From: Candidatus Dormiibacterota bacterium | Lineage (GTDB): Bacteria; Chloroflexota; Dormibacteria; Dormibacterales; Dormibacteraceae | NCBI GenBank assembly: GCA_036569925.1 | Contig: DATCPU010000127.1 | Span: 1-37,904 of the forward strand | Direction: 5' to 3' | Length of the DNA: 37,904 bases | In this document: positions 27,012 to 34,594 of the stretch, piece by piece | Numbering within the stretch: the stretch's first letter is position 1 | Layout of the letters: the number at the start of each line of letters is the position of its first letter | The notes under the pieces: generated by a model | Told to the model about the DNA's origin: nothing | Database searches by the model: none | Seen by the model: the letters and a program-made list of their open reading frames with translations, nothing else | Translations under genes and position numbers: made by a program

Positions 27012-27847
27012 CTTGGCCGGGCTCCAGCTCTGGTCACCGCCCCTGAAGCCACGACGACGGCTTTCTCTGCGGCCTCGACCGGGGTGGCGCCGTCGAGGTA
27101 GGTGACACAGAATGCCGCCGCCAGAGCGTCGCCTGCGCCTGTCGCGTCGACCTCCTCAACCCGCGGTGCAGGAATGTGCCGGCCCCCAACCCGGCACCCC
27201 GACGCTCCCAGCTTCAGCACCGGAACTTTGGCAAGGTCCTGCATCGGCACGCCAAGCGTTTCAGATTCGGCCGCCGTTGCGAAGAGCACGTCAGGCTTCA
27301 GCTCGGCGAGCTCGGCGGCAAATCGTGCGGGGCCGTACTCCTTCAACCCCGCCACCGACGACAGGTCGATCGACACCAGCCCGCCATCGTGGCGCACGAG
27401 CTCAATCGCCAGCCTTGCCGATGCCGCCAACGGCTCCGTGAAAAGGGAATAGCCCGGCACGTGGATCAGGTTGACGCCGCGGAACCACGGTTTCCGCAGG
27501 TCGTTGGGCCTCAAGCCGGCGCTGGCGCCACGCTGGGTTGCCATCGTGCGCTCGCCGTTCGGGCCGACCAGGACCGCGATCATGCCGGTGGGGTCGGGGC
27601 CGGAGACGGCAAAGACCTCCACCCCGAGCTCCTCCACCTCTCGCACCAGCCGCCGCCCGCGATCATCGTCGCCCACGCGGGTGACCAGCCGGACGGGCGA
27701 CCCGAGAGCTGCCACCCACGCGCAGAAGTTGGCCGCCTGGCCCCCTCCGCCGACGCGGATGACCGCAGGGTTGTCGTCATTGGGCCGCAACCGCCCAGAG
27801 GGGACGATGGTGATGTCGAGGACGAGGTCGCCAATCGAAAGGATCAT
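27008..27847 (-). CDS. PfkB-family carbohydrate/nucleoside kinase (pseudouridine-kinase-like by context)
   Basis: 279-aa ORF with N-terminal GDLVLD, GGGQAAN and C-terminal DATGAGDALAAAF PfkB signatures. Translationally coupled to psuG. Confidence 0.8.
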   Translation of the reverse strand: MILSIGDLVLDITIVPSGRLRPNDDNPAVIRVGGGGQAANFCAWVAALGSPVRLVTRVGDDDRGRRLVREVEELGVEVFAVSGPDPTGMIAVLVGPNGERTMATQRGASAGLRPNDLRKPWFRGVNLIHVPGYSLFTEPLAASARLAIELVRHDGGLVSIDLSSVAGLKEYGPARFAAELAELKPDVLFATAAESETLGVPMQDLAKVPVLKLGASGCRVGGRHIPAPRVEEVDATGAGDALAAAFCVTYLDGATPVEAAEKAVVVASGAVTRAGARPS

Positions 27848-27875
27848 CGGTGCCCCGAGAATAGCTGCGTCTTGC

Positions 27876-28850
27876 CTAACGCATCGACCCTCTCACCGTT
27901 TGGACGATGCGCGCAACAGTTGGCATCGCCTCGTCCTCCATCGGCTGTGCAGCGGGGAGGGGCACGTGGGGCGTGGTGATGCGGACGATCGGTCCGTCCA
28001 GGTCGTCGAAGCACTCCTCCGCGGCGATCGACACAATCTCGGCGCCCCACCCGCACAGACGCGGGTTCTCCTCGACGGTGAAGAGGCGCCCGGTCTTACG
28101 CACGGATCCGAGGATGGTCTTCGTGTCGAGCGGAACCAGGCTCCGGACGTCGACCACTGTCGCATCGATGCCCAAGCTCTCGAGCTCGGCGGCCGCTGCC
28201 AGCGCCCTGGGCACCATCGCGGCCAGGGCCACGATCGTGCAGTCCTTCCCGTCGCGCAAGACCCGGGCGGTCCCGAGCTTCTCGACGTGCTCGCCGTCGG
28301 GCACTTCGCCCTTGACGCCGTAGAGAGACTTCTGCTCGAAGAAGAGGACCGGGTCTGGGTCGCGGATCGCCGCCGCCAGCAGGCCTTTCGCGTCAGCGGG
28401 CGTCGAGGGTGCTACGACCTTCAACCCGGGCACGGCCATCGCCCAGTTCTCCAGGCTCTGAGAGTGCTGGGCACCAAAGCGTGATCCTCCTCCATTGGCA
28501 GTCCGGATGACCAGCGGCAGCGATACCTGGCCATCCGTCATGTAACGGGTCTTCGCGACCTGGTTGGCGATCATGTCCCAGCACGTCGCGAGAAAGTCCG
28601 AGAACATGATCTCGACGATCGGCCTCAACCCGGTCATCGCGGCGCCCATGGCCGCCCCGACTATCGCCTGCTCTGAGATGGGCGTATCGCGGACCCGTTC
28701 CGCGCCGAATCTCTCGAGCAGGCCGACGGTGGCCTTGAACACTCCACCTGCCGCGGCCACGTCCTCGCCGATGAAGTAGACGGTCGGGTCGCGTTCCATC
28801 TCCTGTGCGATGCCCGCGGCCACGGCCTCGCGAAATGTCAGTTCCGCCAT
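27876..28850 (-). CDS. 2-oxoacid dehydrogenase E1 component, beta subunit
   Basis: 324-aa ORF. MAELTFREAVAAGIAQEMERDPTVYFIGEDVAAAGGVFKAT...PISEQAIVGAAMGAAMTGLRPIVEIMF is the typical E1-beta/transketolase pyrimidine-binding pattern. Confidence 0.9.
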   Translation of the reverse strand: MAELTFREAVAAGIAQEMERDPTVYFIGEDVAAAGGVFKATVGLLERFGAERVRDTPISEQAIVGAAMGAAMTGLRPIVEIMFSDFLATCWDMIANQVAKTRYMTDGQVSLPLVIRTANGGGSRFGAQHSQSLENWAMAVPGLKVVAPSTPADAKGLLAAAIRDPDPVLFFEQKSLYGVKGEVPDGEHVEKLGTARVLRDGKDCTIVALAAMVPRALAAAAELESLGIDATVVDVRSLVPLDTKTILGSVRKTGRLFTVEENPRLCGWGAEIVSIAAEECFDDLDGPIVRITTPHVPLPAAQPMEDEAMPTVARIVQTVRGSMR

Positions 28851-29803
28851 GCCGAGCCTCCGTCGCTCCAGACCTGGCTCTCAATCTCCTCGATCCTGGC
28901 GTGCGGCGCGTTCCGCGCCTCGTCGGTCGCGAGATCCACCTTTCGCAGGGCGTCCTCATCGATTTTCTTCAGGGTCGCCTCGTCGAGGCCGGCGGAGACC
29001 AGGCGCTCTCGGTACTGCTTGATGGGGTCGCGGCCCATCCACTCGCGCACCTCTTCCTTGGGCCGATAGGAGGCGGGATCGCCGCGCGAGTGCCCGCCGT
29101 GTCGGTAGGTGAGGGCTTCAACCAGCGAAGGCCCGTCGCCGGCGCGCGCCCTGCCGATAGTGCGCGATGCGGTCTCGTACATCACATCTGCATCGTTCCC
29201 ATCGACCAGGATGGCCTCGAGGCCGTAGGCCGCCGCGCGGTCGGCGGCAGGGTGCTCGACCGCGGTCACCGATTCGATAGGCGTGTACTCCATGTACCTG
29301 TTGTTCTCGCACACGAAGACCACAGGCAGCTTCCAGATCACCGCCAGGTTGAGGGCCTCGTGGAAGGCGCCGATGTTGGTGGTGCCGTCACCGAAGAAGC
29401 AGACGGCGACCTGCCCGGATCGGCGCACCTGCGCCGACCAGGCCGCGCCCGCGGCGATCGGCAGATGAGCGCCGACGATCGCGTACGAGCCCATGGCACC
29501 GTGCGTGACATCGGTCAGGTGCATCGAGCCACCCTTGCCGTGGAGCATGCCGTTGGATCGGCCGAGCAGCTCGCCCATCGCCGCCGCCATGGACGCGCCA
29601 CGCGCCAGCGTGTGCCCGTGGCCGCGGTAGGTGCAGAAGGTGTAGTCGTCCTTGCGCATGGCCACGGCGAAACCGGCGGCGATCGCCTCCTGCCCGAGCG
29701 CGAGGTGGCTCGTGCCTTTGATCAGGTTCTCCAAGAAGACCTCGTAGGCGCGCTGCTCGAAATCCCGAAGCTCGACCATGAGCTGATAAAGCCGGAGCCG
29801 CAC
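28838..29803 (-). CDS. thiamine-diphosphate-dependent 2-oxoacid dehydrogenase E1 component, alpha subunit
   Basis: Listed ORF trimmed to GTG 29803 (MRLRLYQLMVELRDFEQRAYEVF...). TPP motif GDGTTNIGAFHEALNLAVIWKLPVVFVCENN. The alternative TTG 29866 (TTGA overlap with the M24 stop) would add 21 low-complexity residues encoded by a palindromic element. Confidence 0.85.
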   Translation of the reverse strand: MRLRLYQLMVELRDFEQRAYEVFLENLIKGTSHLALGQEAIAAGFAVAMRKDDYTFCTYRGHGHTLARGASMAAAMGELLGRSNGMLHGKGGSMHLTDVTHGAMGSYAIVGAHLPIAAGAAWSAQVRRSGQVAVCFFGDGTTNIGAFHEALNLAVIWKLPVVFVCENNRYMEYTPIESVTAVEHPAADRAAAYGLEAILVDGNDADVMYETASRTIGRARAGDGPSLVEALTYRHGGHSRGDPASYRPKEEVREWMGRDPIKQYRERLVSAGLDEATLKKIDEDALRKVDLATDEARNAPHARIEEIESQVWSDGGSAWRN

Positions 29804-29804
29804 G

Positions 29805-29844
29805 TCTCCCTCTCCGGCTTGGGGGAGAGGGTTGGGGCGAGGGG
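29805..29844. repeat. REP-like palindromic element (tctccctctccggcttgggggagagggttggggcgagggg)
   Basis: 8-bp stem ccctctcc (29808-29815) / ggagaggg (29824-29831) with an 8-nt loop, followed by a G-rich tail. It lies in the 59-nt gap between the M24 stop and the E1-alpha start. From memory it resembles a widespread intergenic hairpin motif (ctctcc...ggagagggttggggtgaggg). Confidence 0.4.
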
Positions 29845-29862
29845 CGTTGCTTGCACGACTAC

Positions 29863-31119
29863 TCAATACGGGTTCGCGATCATCAGCTCTTCCGCGGGGA
29901 AGAGCGTGATCACCTCGTGCCCTGTCGCCGTCACCACCAGCTCCTCTTCGATCCGCGCAGCAGAGTGGCCGTCGTCCGCCGGACAGTAGGTCTCAAGCGC
30001 GAAAACCATCCCTTCTTTGATCTCGACCGGCTCCTTCAGCGAGGTCAGCCGGCTGATGATCGGGCGCTCGTGCAGCGCGACCCCCAGCCCGTGTCCGAAC
30101 TGCAGGGCGAACGCTTCCATCTCACTGTCGAAACCGAAGTCCTGAGCCTTCGGCCACATCTTGGCGATCTGGTCGGTGCTCACCCCGGGCTTCACCAGCT
30201 CGATCGAGGCATCGATCCACTCGCGCGCCTGCTTGTAGGCGTCTTGCTGGCTCTGCGTCGCGCGTCCCACGTTGAACGTCCTGTAGTAGCAGGTTCGGTA
30301 CCCGTTGAACGACTGGATGATGTCGAAGAATGCCTGGTCCCCGGGACGGATCAGGCGATCCGAAAAGACGTGAGGGTGCGGATAGCCTCGCTCGCCGGAC
30401 ACCGCATTGATCGCCTCGACGTCATCCGAGCCCATGTCGTACAGCTGCTTGTTGGCTATTGCGACGAGCTCGTTCTCACGGATCCCGGGTTTCAGCGCCT
30501 CGAAGATCGTCTGATAAACGCCGTCGACCATCGCCGCCGCCATGCTCAGCAAGGTGATCTCGTCCTTCGACTTGATCTGGCGCGCATCCAACATTGCCTG
30601 CTGGCCGTCAACCACTTTGAGGCCGCATTTCTGCAACGCAAAGATCATCGGGAGCTCCGCGATGTCGACGCCCAACGGCTCGCCCGCGACACCCTGCTCC
30701 TGCATGATCTCCTTCACCGTCCGCGCCAGGTCATCGGACAAACCGGCCCCTGGGGCGACGGAGCCGCGCAGGCCGGTCATCCCTGCACGCGAGTTCTCCG
30801 GGCGCAGCCAGGGCGCATGCAGCCGGTGCACCTTCGCGGCCGAACCGAAGTCCCACAGGATGGGCTCTCCCTTTGGTGTTAGCAGCGCGAAGCGCGCGAC
30901 CTTGTCGCGTGCCCACTCGCCGATATGCGTGCTGGTGATGTAGCGGATGTTGTTCATGTCGAACACGAGCACCGCCCCAAGCCCGGCGTTCGCAATGGCG
31001 TCGCGAGTTCGTTTCAGCCGGTACTCGTGAAGGCGGCGAAAATCGACGCGCTCCTCCCAGTCGACGTTCATCCTGCCTGGCGCGGGCAGCGATGCGACCG
31101 GGAACTCAGCCTTGGGCAT
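29863..31119 (-). CDS. M24 family metallopeptidase/hydrolase (creatinase / Xaa-Pro peptidase-like)
   Basis: Listed ORF trimmed to ATG 31119 (MPKAEFPV...), 418 aa. It has a creatinase-type N-domain and an M24 pita-bread C-domain (HGLGVALHERP, ALETYC). Confidence 0.85.
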   Translation of the reverse strand: MPKAEFPVASLPAPGRMNVDWEERVDFRRLHEYRLKRTRDAIANAGLGAVLVFDMNNIRYITSTHIGEWARDKVARFALLTPKGEPILWDFGSAAKVHRLHAPWLRPENSRAGMTGLRGSVAPGAGLSDDLARTVKEIMQEQGVAGEPLGVDIAELPMIFALQKCGLKVVDGQQAMLDARQIKSKDEITLLSMAAAMVDGVYQTIFEALKPGIRENELVAIANKQLYDMGSDDVEAINAVSGERGYPHPHVFSDRLIRPGDQAFFDIIQSFNGYRTCYYRTFNVGRATQSQQDAYKQAREWIDASIELVKPGVSTDQIAKMWPKAQDFGFDSEMEAFALQFGHGLGVALHERPIISRLTSLKEPVEIKEGMVFALETYCPADDGHSAARIEEELVVTATGHEVITLFPAEELMIANPY

Positions 31120-32074
31120 GCTTGCCGCTCTTCTCTTCGAGCCCGTCGGAGACTTTTCGGTTCTCGGGCACGAGCCTGAGATTGGCTCCCCAGGCTTCCA
31201 TCTGGAGCAGCGCGGCGAAATCCGAATCGCCAAGCTCGAATCCGATCATGTTGGTGACGATCTGGTGCACGAGCGCTGACACCGGCATCGGTACATCGAG
31301 CTGGCGCGCGGCCTCCAGCCCCAGCTCGAAATCCTTGCGCAGCAGCTTGCCCGTGAATGTTGGCGTGAAATCGAGGTTGACGAATGCCGGGGTCTTATAT
31401 CGCGTGAACGTCGAGCCCATGACGCTGCCATTGAGAAACTCGAGATAGTCGGCGCGGGAAACACCCCCGCGTTCTGCAAGCACCGTCGTCTCGGCCATGA
31501 TCTGGGTGACCACGCCGAGCACCAGGTTGTGACAGATCTTGACCAGGCGTGCGAGATCGCCGTCGCCGACATAGCTGACGGATCCTCCGAGCATCTCGAG
31601 ATAGGGGAGGGACAGCTCGAACGCTTCGCGTGGGCCGGAGACGGCAATGCTGAGGCGTCCGGCCCGTGCCACTTTCGGATTGCCGCTGACCGGCGTGGCA
31701 AGCAGCGCGCTGCCAACCTCCTCGGCCTTGGCACGAACTTTCTGCGACACCTCCATCGACACTGTGGAGGAGTCGACGATCACCGCTGGAAAAGAGCCTC
31801 CGTTCGAGAGCAGGCCGTTGCGCCCTGTCGTCACGTCCGCGAAGTCCTGCGAGCCCGCCACCGACGTGAAGACGATGTCGCGGTCGGCGAGGTCGGCGGG
31901 GCGATCGACAAGCCGGGCGCCGAGCTTCACCAGCGGCTCGGCCTTGGCCTTCGTCCGGTTGTAAACCGCCACGTCACAGCCGCGTTCGAGGAGCCTCGTC
32001 ACCAGCGCGTAACCCATCCGGCCGGTGCCGATCCAACCGAGCGAATGCTTCGAGGGCTTCATGGTTTTGGACAC
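31106..32074 (-). CDS. NAD(P)-dependent 3-hydroxyisobutyrate/6-phosphogluconate dehydrogenase-like oxidoreductase
   Basis: 322-aa ORF with GWIGTGRMG Rossmann motif and the HIBADH-family pattern. Overlaps the M24 gene start by 14 nt. Start is GTG 32074 or ATG 32062. Confidence 0.85.
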   Translation of the reverse strand: MSKTMKPSKHSLGWIGTGRMGYALVTRLLERGCDVAVYNRTKAKAEPLVKLGARLVDRPADLADRDIVFTSVAGSQDFADVTTGRNGLLSNGGSFPAVIVDSSTVSMEVSQKVRAKAEEVGSALLATPVSGNPKVARAGRLSIAVSGPREAFELSLPYLEMLGGSVSYVGDGDLARLVKICHNLVLGVVTQIMAETTVLAERGGVSRADYLEFLNGSVMGSTFTRYKTPAFVNLDFTPTFTGKLLRKDFELGLEAARQLDVPMPVSALVHQIVTNMIGFELGDSDFAALLQMEAWGANLRLVPENRKVSDGLEEKSGKHAQG

Positions 32075-32110
32075 CGCCTCCCCCCGTGAACCAGCGCGTC
32101 ATCGTGACGC

Positions 32111-32122
32111 GCAAACGTTTGT
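32111..32122. promoter_or_regulatory. candidate LacI-family operator O1 (gCAAACGTTTGt; 10-bp perfect palindrome), 37 nt upstream of the HIBADH-like gene start
   Basis: CAAACGTTTG is its own reverse complement. On the minus strand it begins 2 nt downstream of a -10-like TATGGT (32125-32130). It matches the site at 33254-33265 at 11 of 12 positions. Confidence 0.55.
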
Positions 32123-32148
32123 CTACCATACCAGCGCACGGCCGCCGC

Positions 32149-33204
32149 CTACTCAGCCGGGCTTCGCTGGGCCGGCCGCCCCGTCGGCACCTCGTCGGCG
32201 CCGGCCACGCTCGACCCTCTCACCACCAGCTGCGGCGCAAACACGACGCGCCGCGGGGTCAGCATCCCCGTTTCGATCTGCTCGAGGAGCATGCGCGCCG
32301 CGACGCTCCCGAACTCGTGTATCGGCACGTGCACAGTCGTCAGGCCGGGTATGAGGCGCCCGGCCAGCGGGATGTCGTTGTAACCGACGATGGCGAGATC
32401 CTCCGGGATGCGCAGGCCCCGCTTTCGCGCAGCGCCATAAGCGCCGATCGCCGTCATGTCTGTCACTGCGAAGATCGCGCTCGGCGGATGGTTGAGGGAC
32501 AGGAGGCGGTCCATCGCTTGGGCGCCGCCCTCCTCGATGAAGCCTGACTCGACGACCAGTTCAGGGTCGGCCTGGATTCCCGCTTCCACGAGCGCCGCGT
32601 GATAGCCCTTGCGGCGGAGCACGCCTGTGCTGACCGTCGCCTGGCCGGCCAGGTGGCCGATTCGAAGGTGGCCGAGGTCGATCAGATGCTGCGTGGCGAG
32701 GGTCGCGCCCCTTACGTCGTCGGAGCCCACGAACGGGTCGGCGTCGTCTTCGCTGAACCGATTGACGAGGACATAGGGCGTCCGCTGGTGGCGGAGCCAC
32801 CGAACGGCAGGGTCCTTCAAGAATGTGCTGGCGAGGATCACACCGTCAACTCGGCGTGCGGCAAGGCTGTGCAGGTGAGCCCGCTGGCGCTCTGGGATGC
32901 CATCGGTGTTGCAGAGGAGCACCTGGTAGCCGCGCGGTGTCGCGCCGTCTTCGATGCCGCGGAACAGGGCCGCGAAGAAGGGGTTGGTGATGTCGGGGAT
33001 GACGACCGCGAGCACCAACGTCTGACGCAGCTTCAGGCCGCGGGCCACGCCGTTGGGTCGATATTCGGTCTCTCGAAGCAGGGTCTCGATGCGCGTTCGC
33101 GTGGTCGCCGCAATGCGCAACCCCGGGTCGTTGTTGGCGACGCGTGACACCGTCGAGGGGTGCACGTTGGCGCGGGCCGCGAGCTCTTTTAGGGTTACCT
33201 GCAT
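32149..33204 (-). CDS. LacI family transcriptional regulator
   Basis: 351-aa ORF. N-terminal HTH VTLKELAARANVHPSTVSRVANN, followed by a periplasmic-binding-protein-like effector domain. Confidence 0.9.
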   Translation of the reverse strand: MQVTLKELAARANVHPSTVSRVANNDPGLRIAATTRTRIETLLRETEYRPNGVARGLKLRQTLVLAVVIPDITNPFFAALFRGIEDGATPRGYQVLLCNTDGIPERQRAHLHSLAARRVDGVILASTFLKDPAVRWLRHQRTPYVLVNRFSEDDADPFVGSDDVRGATLATQHLIDLGHLRIGHLAGQATVSTGVLRRKGYHAALVEAGIQADPELVVESGFIEEGGAQAMDRLLSLNHPPSAIFAVTDMTAIGAYGAARKRGLRIPEDLAIVGYNDIPLAGRLIPGLTTVHVPIHEFGSVAARMLLEQIETGMLTPRRVVFAPQLVVRGSSVAGADEVPTGRPAQRSPAE

Positions 33205-33220
33205 GGCTCGCCGGGTTGCA

Positions 33221-33250
33221 TTGACATTTCGTTTCGCCCGTGCCTAACAT
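33221..33250 (+). promoter_or_regulatory. sigma-70-type promoter candidate for the ABC transporter operon (TTGACA - 18 nt - TAACAT)
   Basis: TTGACA at 33221-33226 and TAACAT at 33245-33250, in the divergent LacI/SBP intergenic region. Confidence 0.45.
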
Positions 33251-33253
33251 AGG

Positions 33254-33265
33254 GCAATCGTTTGT
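33254..33265. promoter_or_regulatory. candidate LacI-family operator O2 (GCAATCGTTTGT), 3 nt downstream of the -10 hexamer
   Basis: CG-centred pseudo-palindrome. 11/12 identical to O1, and the flanks are also similar (GTcTACC vs GTtCACC). Confidence 0.5.
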
Positions 33266-33318
33266 TCACCGCAACCCGCCGCGCTCTTTCAGCGCATGCG
33301 GATGGGAGGAGCGAAGCC

Positions 33319-34536
33319 ATGCGAAGGGCCTTGATCGCAACCGTGGCGGGCGCCGGCCTGGCCCTCACCGCATGTGGTGCTGGAACGGCCACCGCAACCC
33401 CGTCACCGGGAACCCCGATAACGATCGGCGTGTCCGTGTCGCTCAGCGGTGATTTCTCGAGCGATGGGCCTGCCCTGAAGAAGGGCTATGACCTGTGGGC
33501 CGAGGACGTCAACAAGAAGGGCGGCCTCAATGGTCACCAGGTAACGATGAAGTACGCCGACGACGCCAGCAGCACGACGCAGGTCGTGACGAACTACCAG
33601 AACCTGATCTCCTCGGACAAGGTCGCGCTGGTGTTCGGTCCCTACTCGAGCCTGTTGACGAAGCCCTCGGCAGCCGTCGTCGATCGTCTCGGCTACGCGT
33701 TTCCGGAGCCTGCCGGCGGCGCCCCCTCGGTTTTTGCCCTGGGCTTCCACTCGCTCTTCTTCGTCCAGCCTGCGGCCATCGAAGACAACCTGGTCAGCTA
33801 CACCAACTGGCTGAAGTCCTTGCCCGCCGACCAGCGGCCGGCGACCGCGGCGTACGCGACCGAGGACGACCCCTTCACGCAGCCGCAGATCGACAAAGCC
33901 AGGACTCTCCTGGAGGCGGCGGGAATCAAAACGGTCTCCTACAAGGTGTATCCCGCTGAGACCACGGACTTCACCCCTCTCGCGCTGAAGGTCGCAAGCT
34001 CGAACGCCGACGCCGTCATTCTCGGCACCCAGGTGCCTGACGCGATCGCGTTTGTCAAGACGTTCATCACACAGCACTACAACCCGAAGACGATCATCGA
34101 GACGGCGGGCCCTGACCAGGGTTCCAGCTACTCCGACAAGCTGGGGGCCAATACGGAAGGGATCATGGTGCCGGCCGGGTGGACCCCTGGCTCGGGGGCC
34201 TACGGCAACCCCACTTTCGTGGCCGAATACATCTCCAAGTACGGCGGCACGGCCGCCGACATCAGCGCCGACTCGGCCGAGGCGTACAGCGTCGGCCAGG
34301 TCGTCGACCAGGCTGCGACCAAGGCCGCCAGCATCGACAACCAGAAGCTGATCGATGCTCTTCACACAGGCACGTATCAAACGGTCCAGGGCCCGATGGG
34401 CTGGGATTCGGTGGGCCGGCCCCAGGGCGGTGTGGGAGTGTTCGTCGAGCAGTGGCAGAACGGCAACGCTGTCTTCGTGTACCCACCGGTCGTGGCCTCC
34501 GCGCCACCCGAATACCCCAAGAAGGCCTGGCAATAG
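33319..34536 (+). CDS. ABC transporter substrate-binding lipoprotein, Leu/Ile/Val-binding (LivK/HAAT, PBP type 1) family
   Basis: Listed ORF trimmed to ATG 33319 (SD GGAGGAG 8 nt upstream). Lipobox LALTAC. Family pattern ITIGVSVSLSGDFSSDGPALKKGYDLWAEDVNKKGGLNGHQV. Confidence 0.85.
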   Translation: MRRALIATVAGAGLALTACGAGTATATPSPGTPITIGVSVSLSGDFSSDGPALKKGYDLWAEDVNKKGGLNGHQVTMKYADDASSTTQVVTNYQNLISSDKVALVFGPYSSLLTKPSAAVVDRLGYAFPEPAGGAPSVFALGFHSLFFVQPAAIEDNLVSYTNWLKSLPADQRPATAAYATEDDPFTQPQIDKARTLLEAAGIKTVSYKVYPAETTDFTPLALKVASSNADAVILGTQVPDAIAFVKTFITQHYNPKTIIETAGPDQGSSYSDKLGANTEGIMVPAGWTPGSGAYGNPTFVAEYISKYGGTAADISADSAEAYSVGQVVDQAATKAASIDNQKLIDALHTGTYQTVQGPMGWDSVGRPQGGVGVFVEQWQNGNAVFVYPPVVASAPPEYPKKAWQ

Positions 34537-34543
34537 ATGAAAC

Positions 34544-34572
34544 GGGGACGGTGAGCGAAAGCCGCCGTCCCC
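34544..34572 (+). other. intercistronic stem-loop (ggggacgg / ccgtcccc, 13-nt loop) between the SBP and first permease genes
   Basis: Perfect 8-bp GC-rich inverted repeat read from sequence, with no following U-tract. Confidence 0.4.
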
Positions 34573-34594
34573 GGCCCGCTCCGGGCACGCTCAG

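Noticed and set aside
28805-30882. Two long plus-strand ORFs (28805..29989 and 29851..30882) opposite the E1-alpha and M24 genes
   Set aside because: They are antisense shadows of well-supported minus-strand genes, R/G/V/D/L-rich, with no motifs.
33403-34533. 376-aa minus-strand ORF opposite the substrate-binding protein gene
   Set aside because: Antisense shadow ORF. The same reasoning applies to 18769..19650, 13427..14323, 10306..11082, 24061..24864, 7100..7699 and 27176/27471 plus-strand ORFs.
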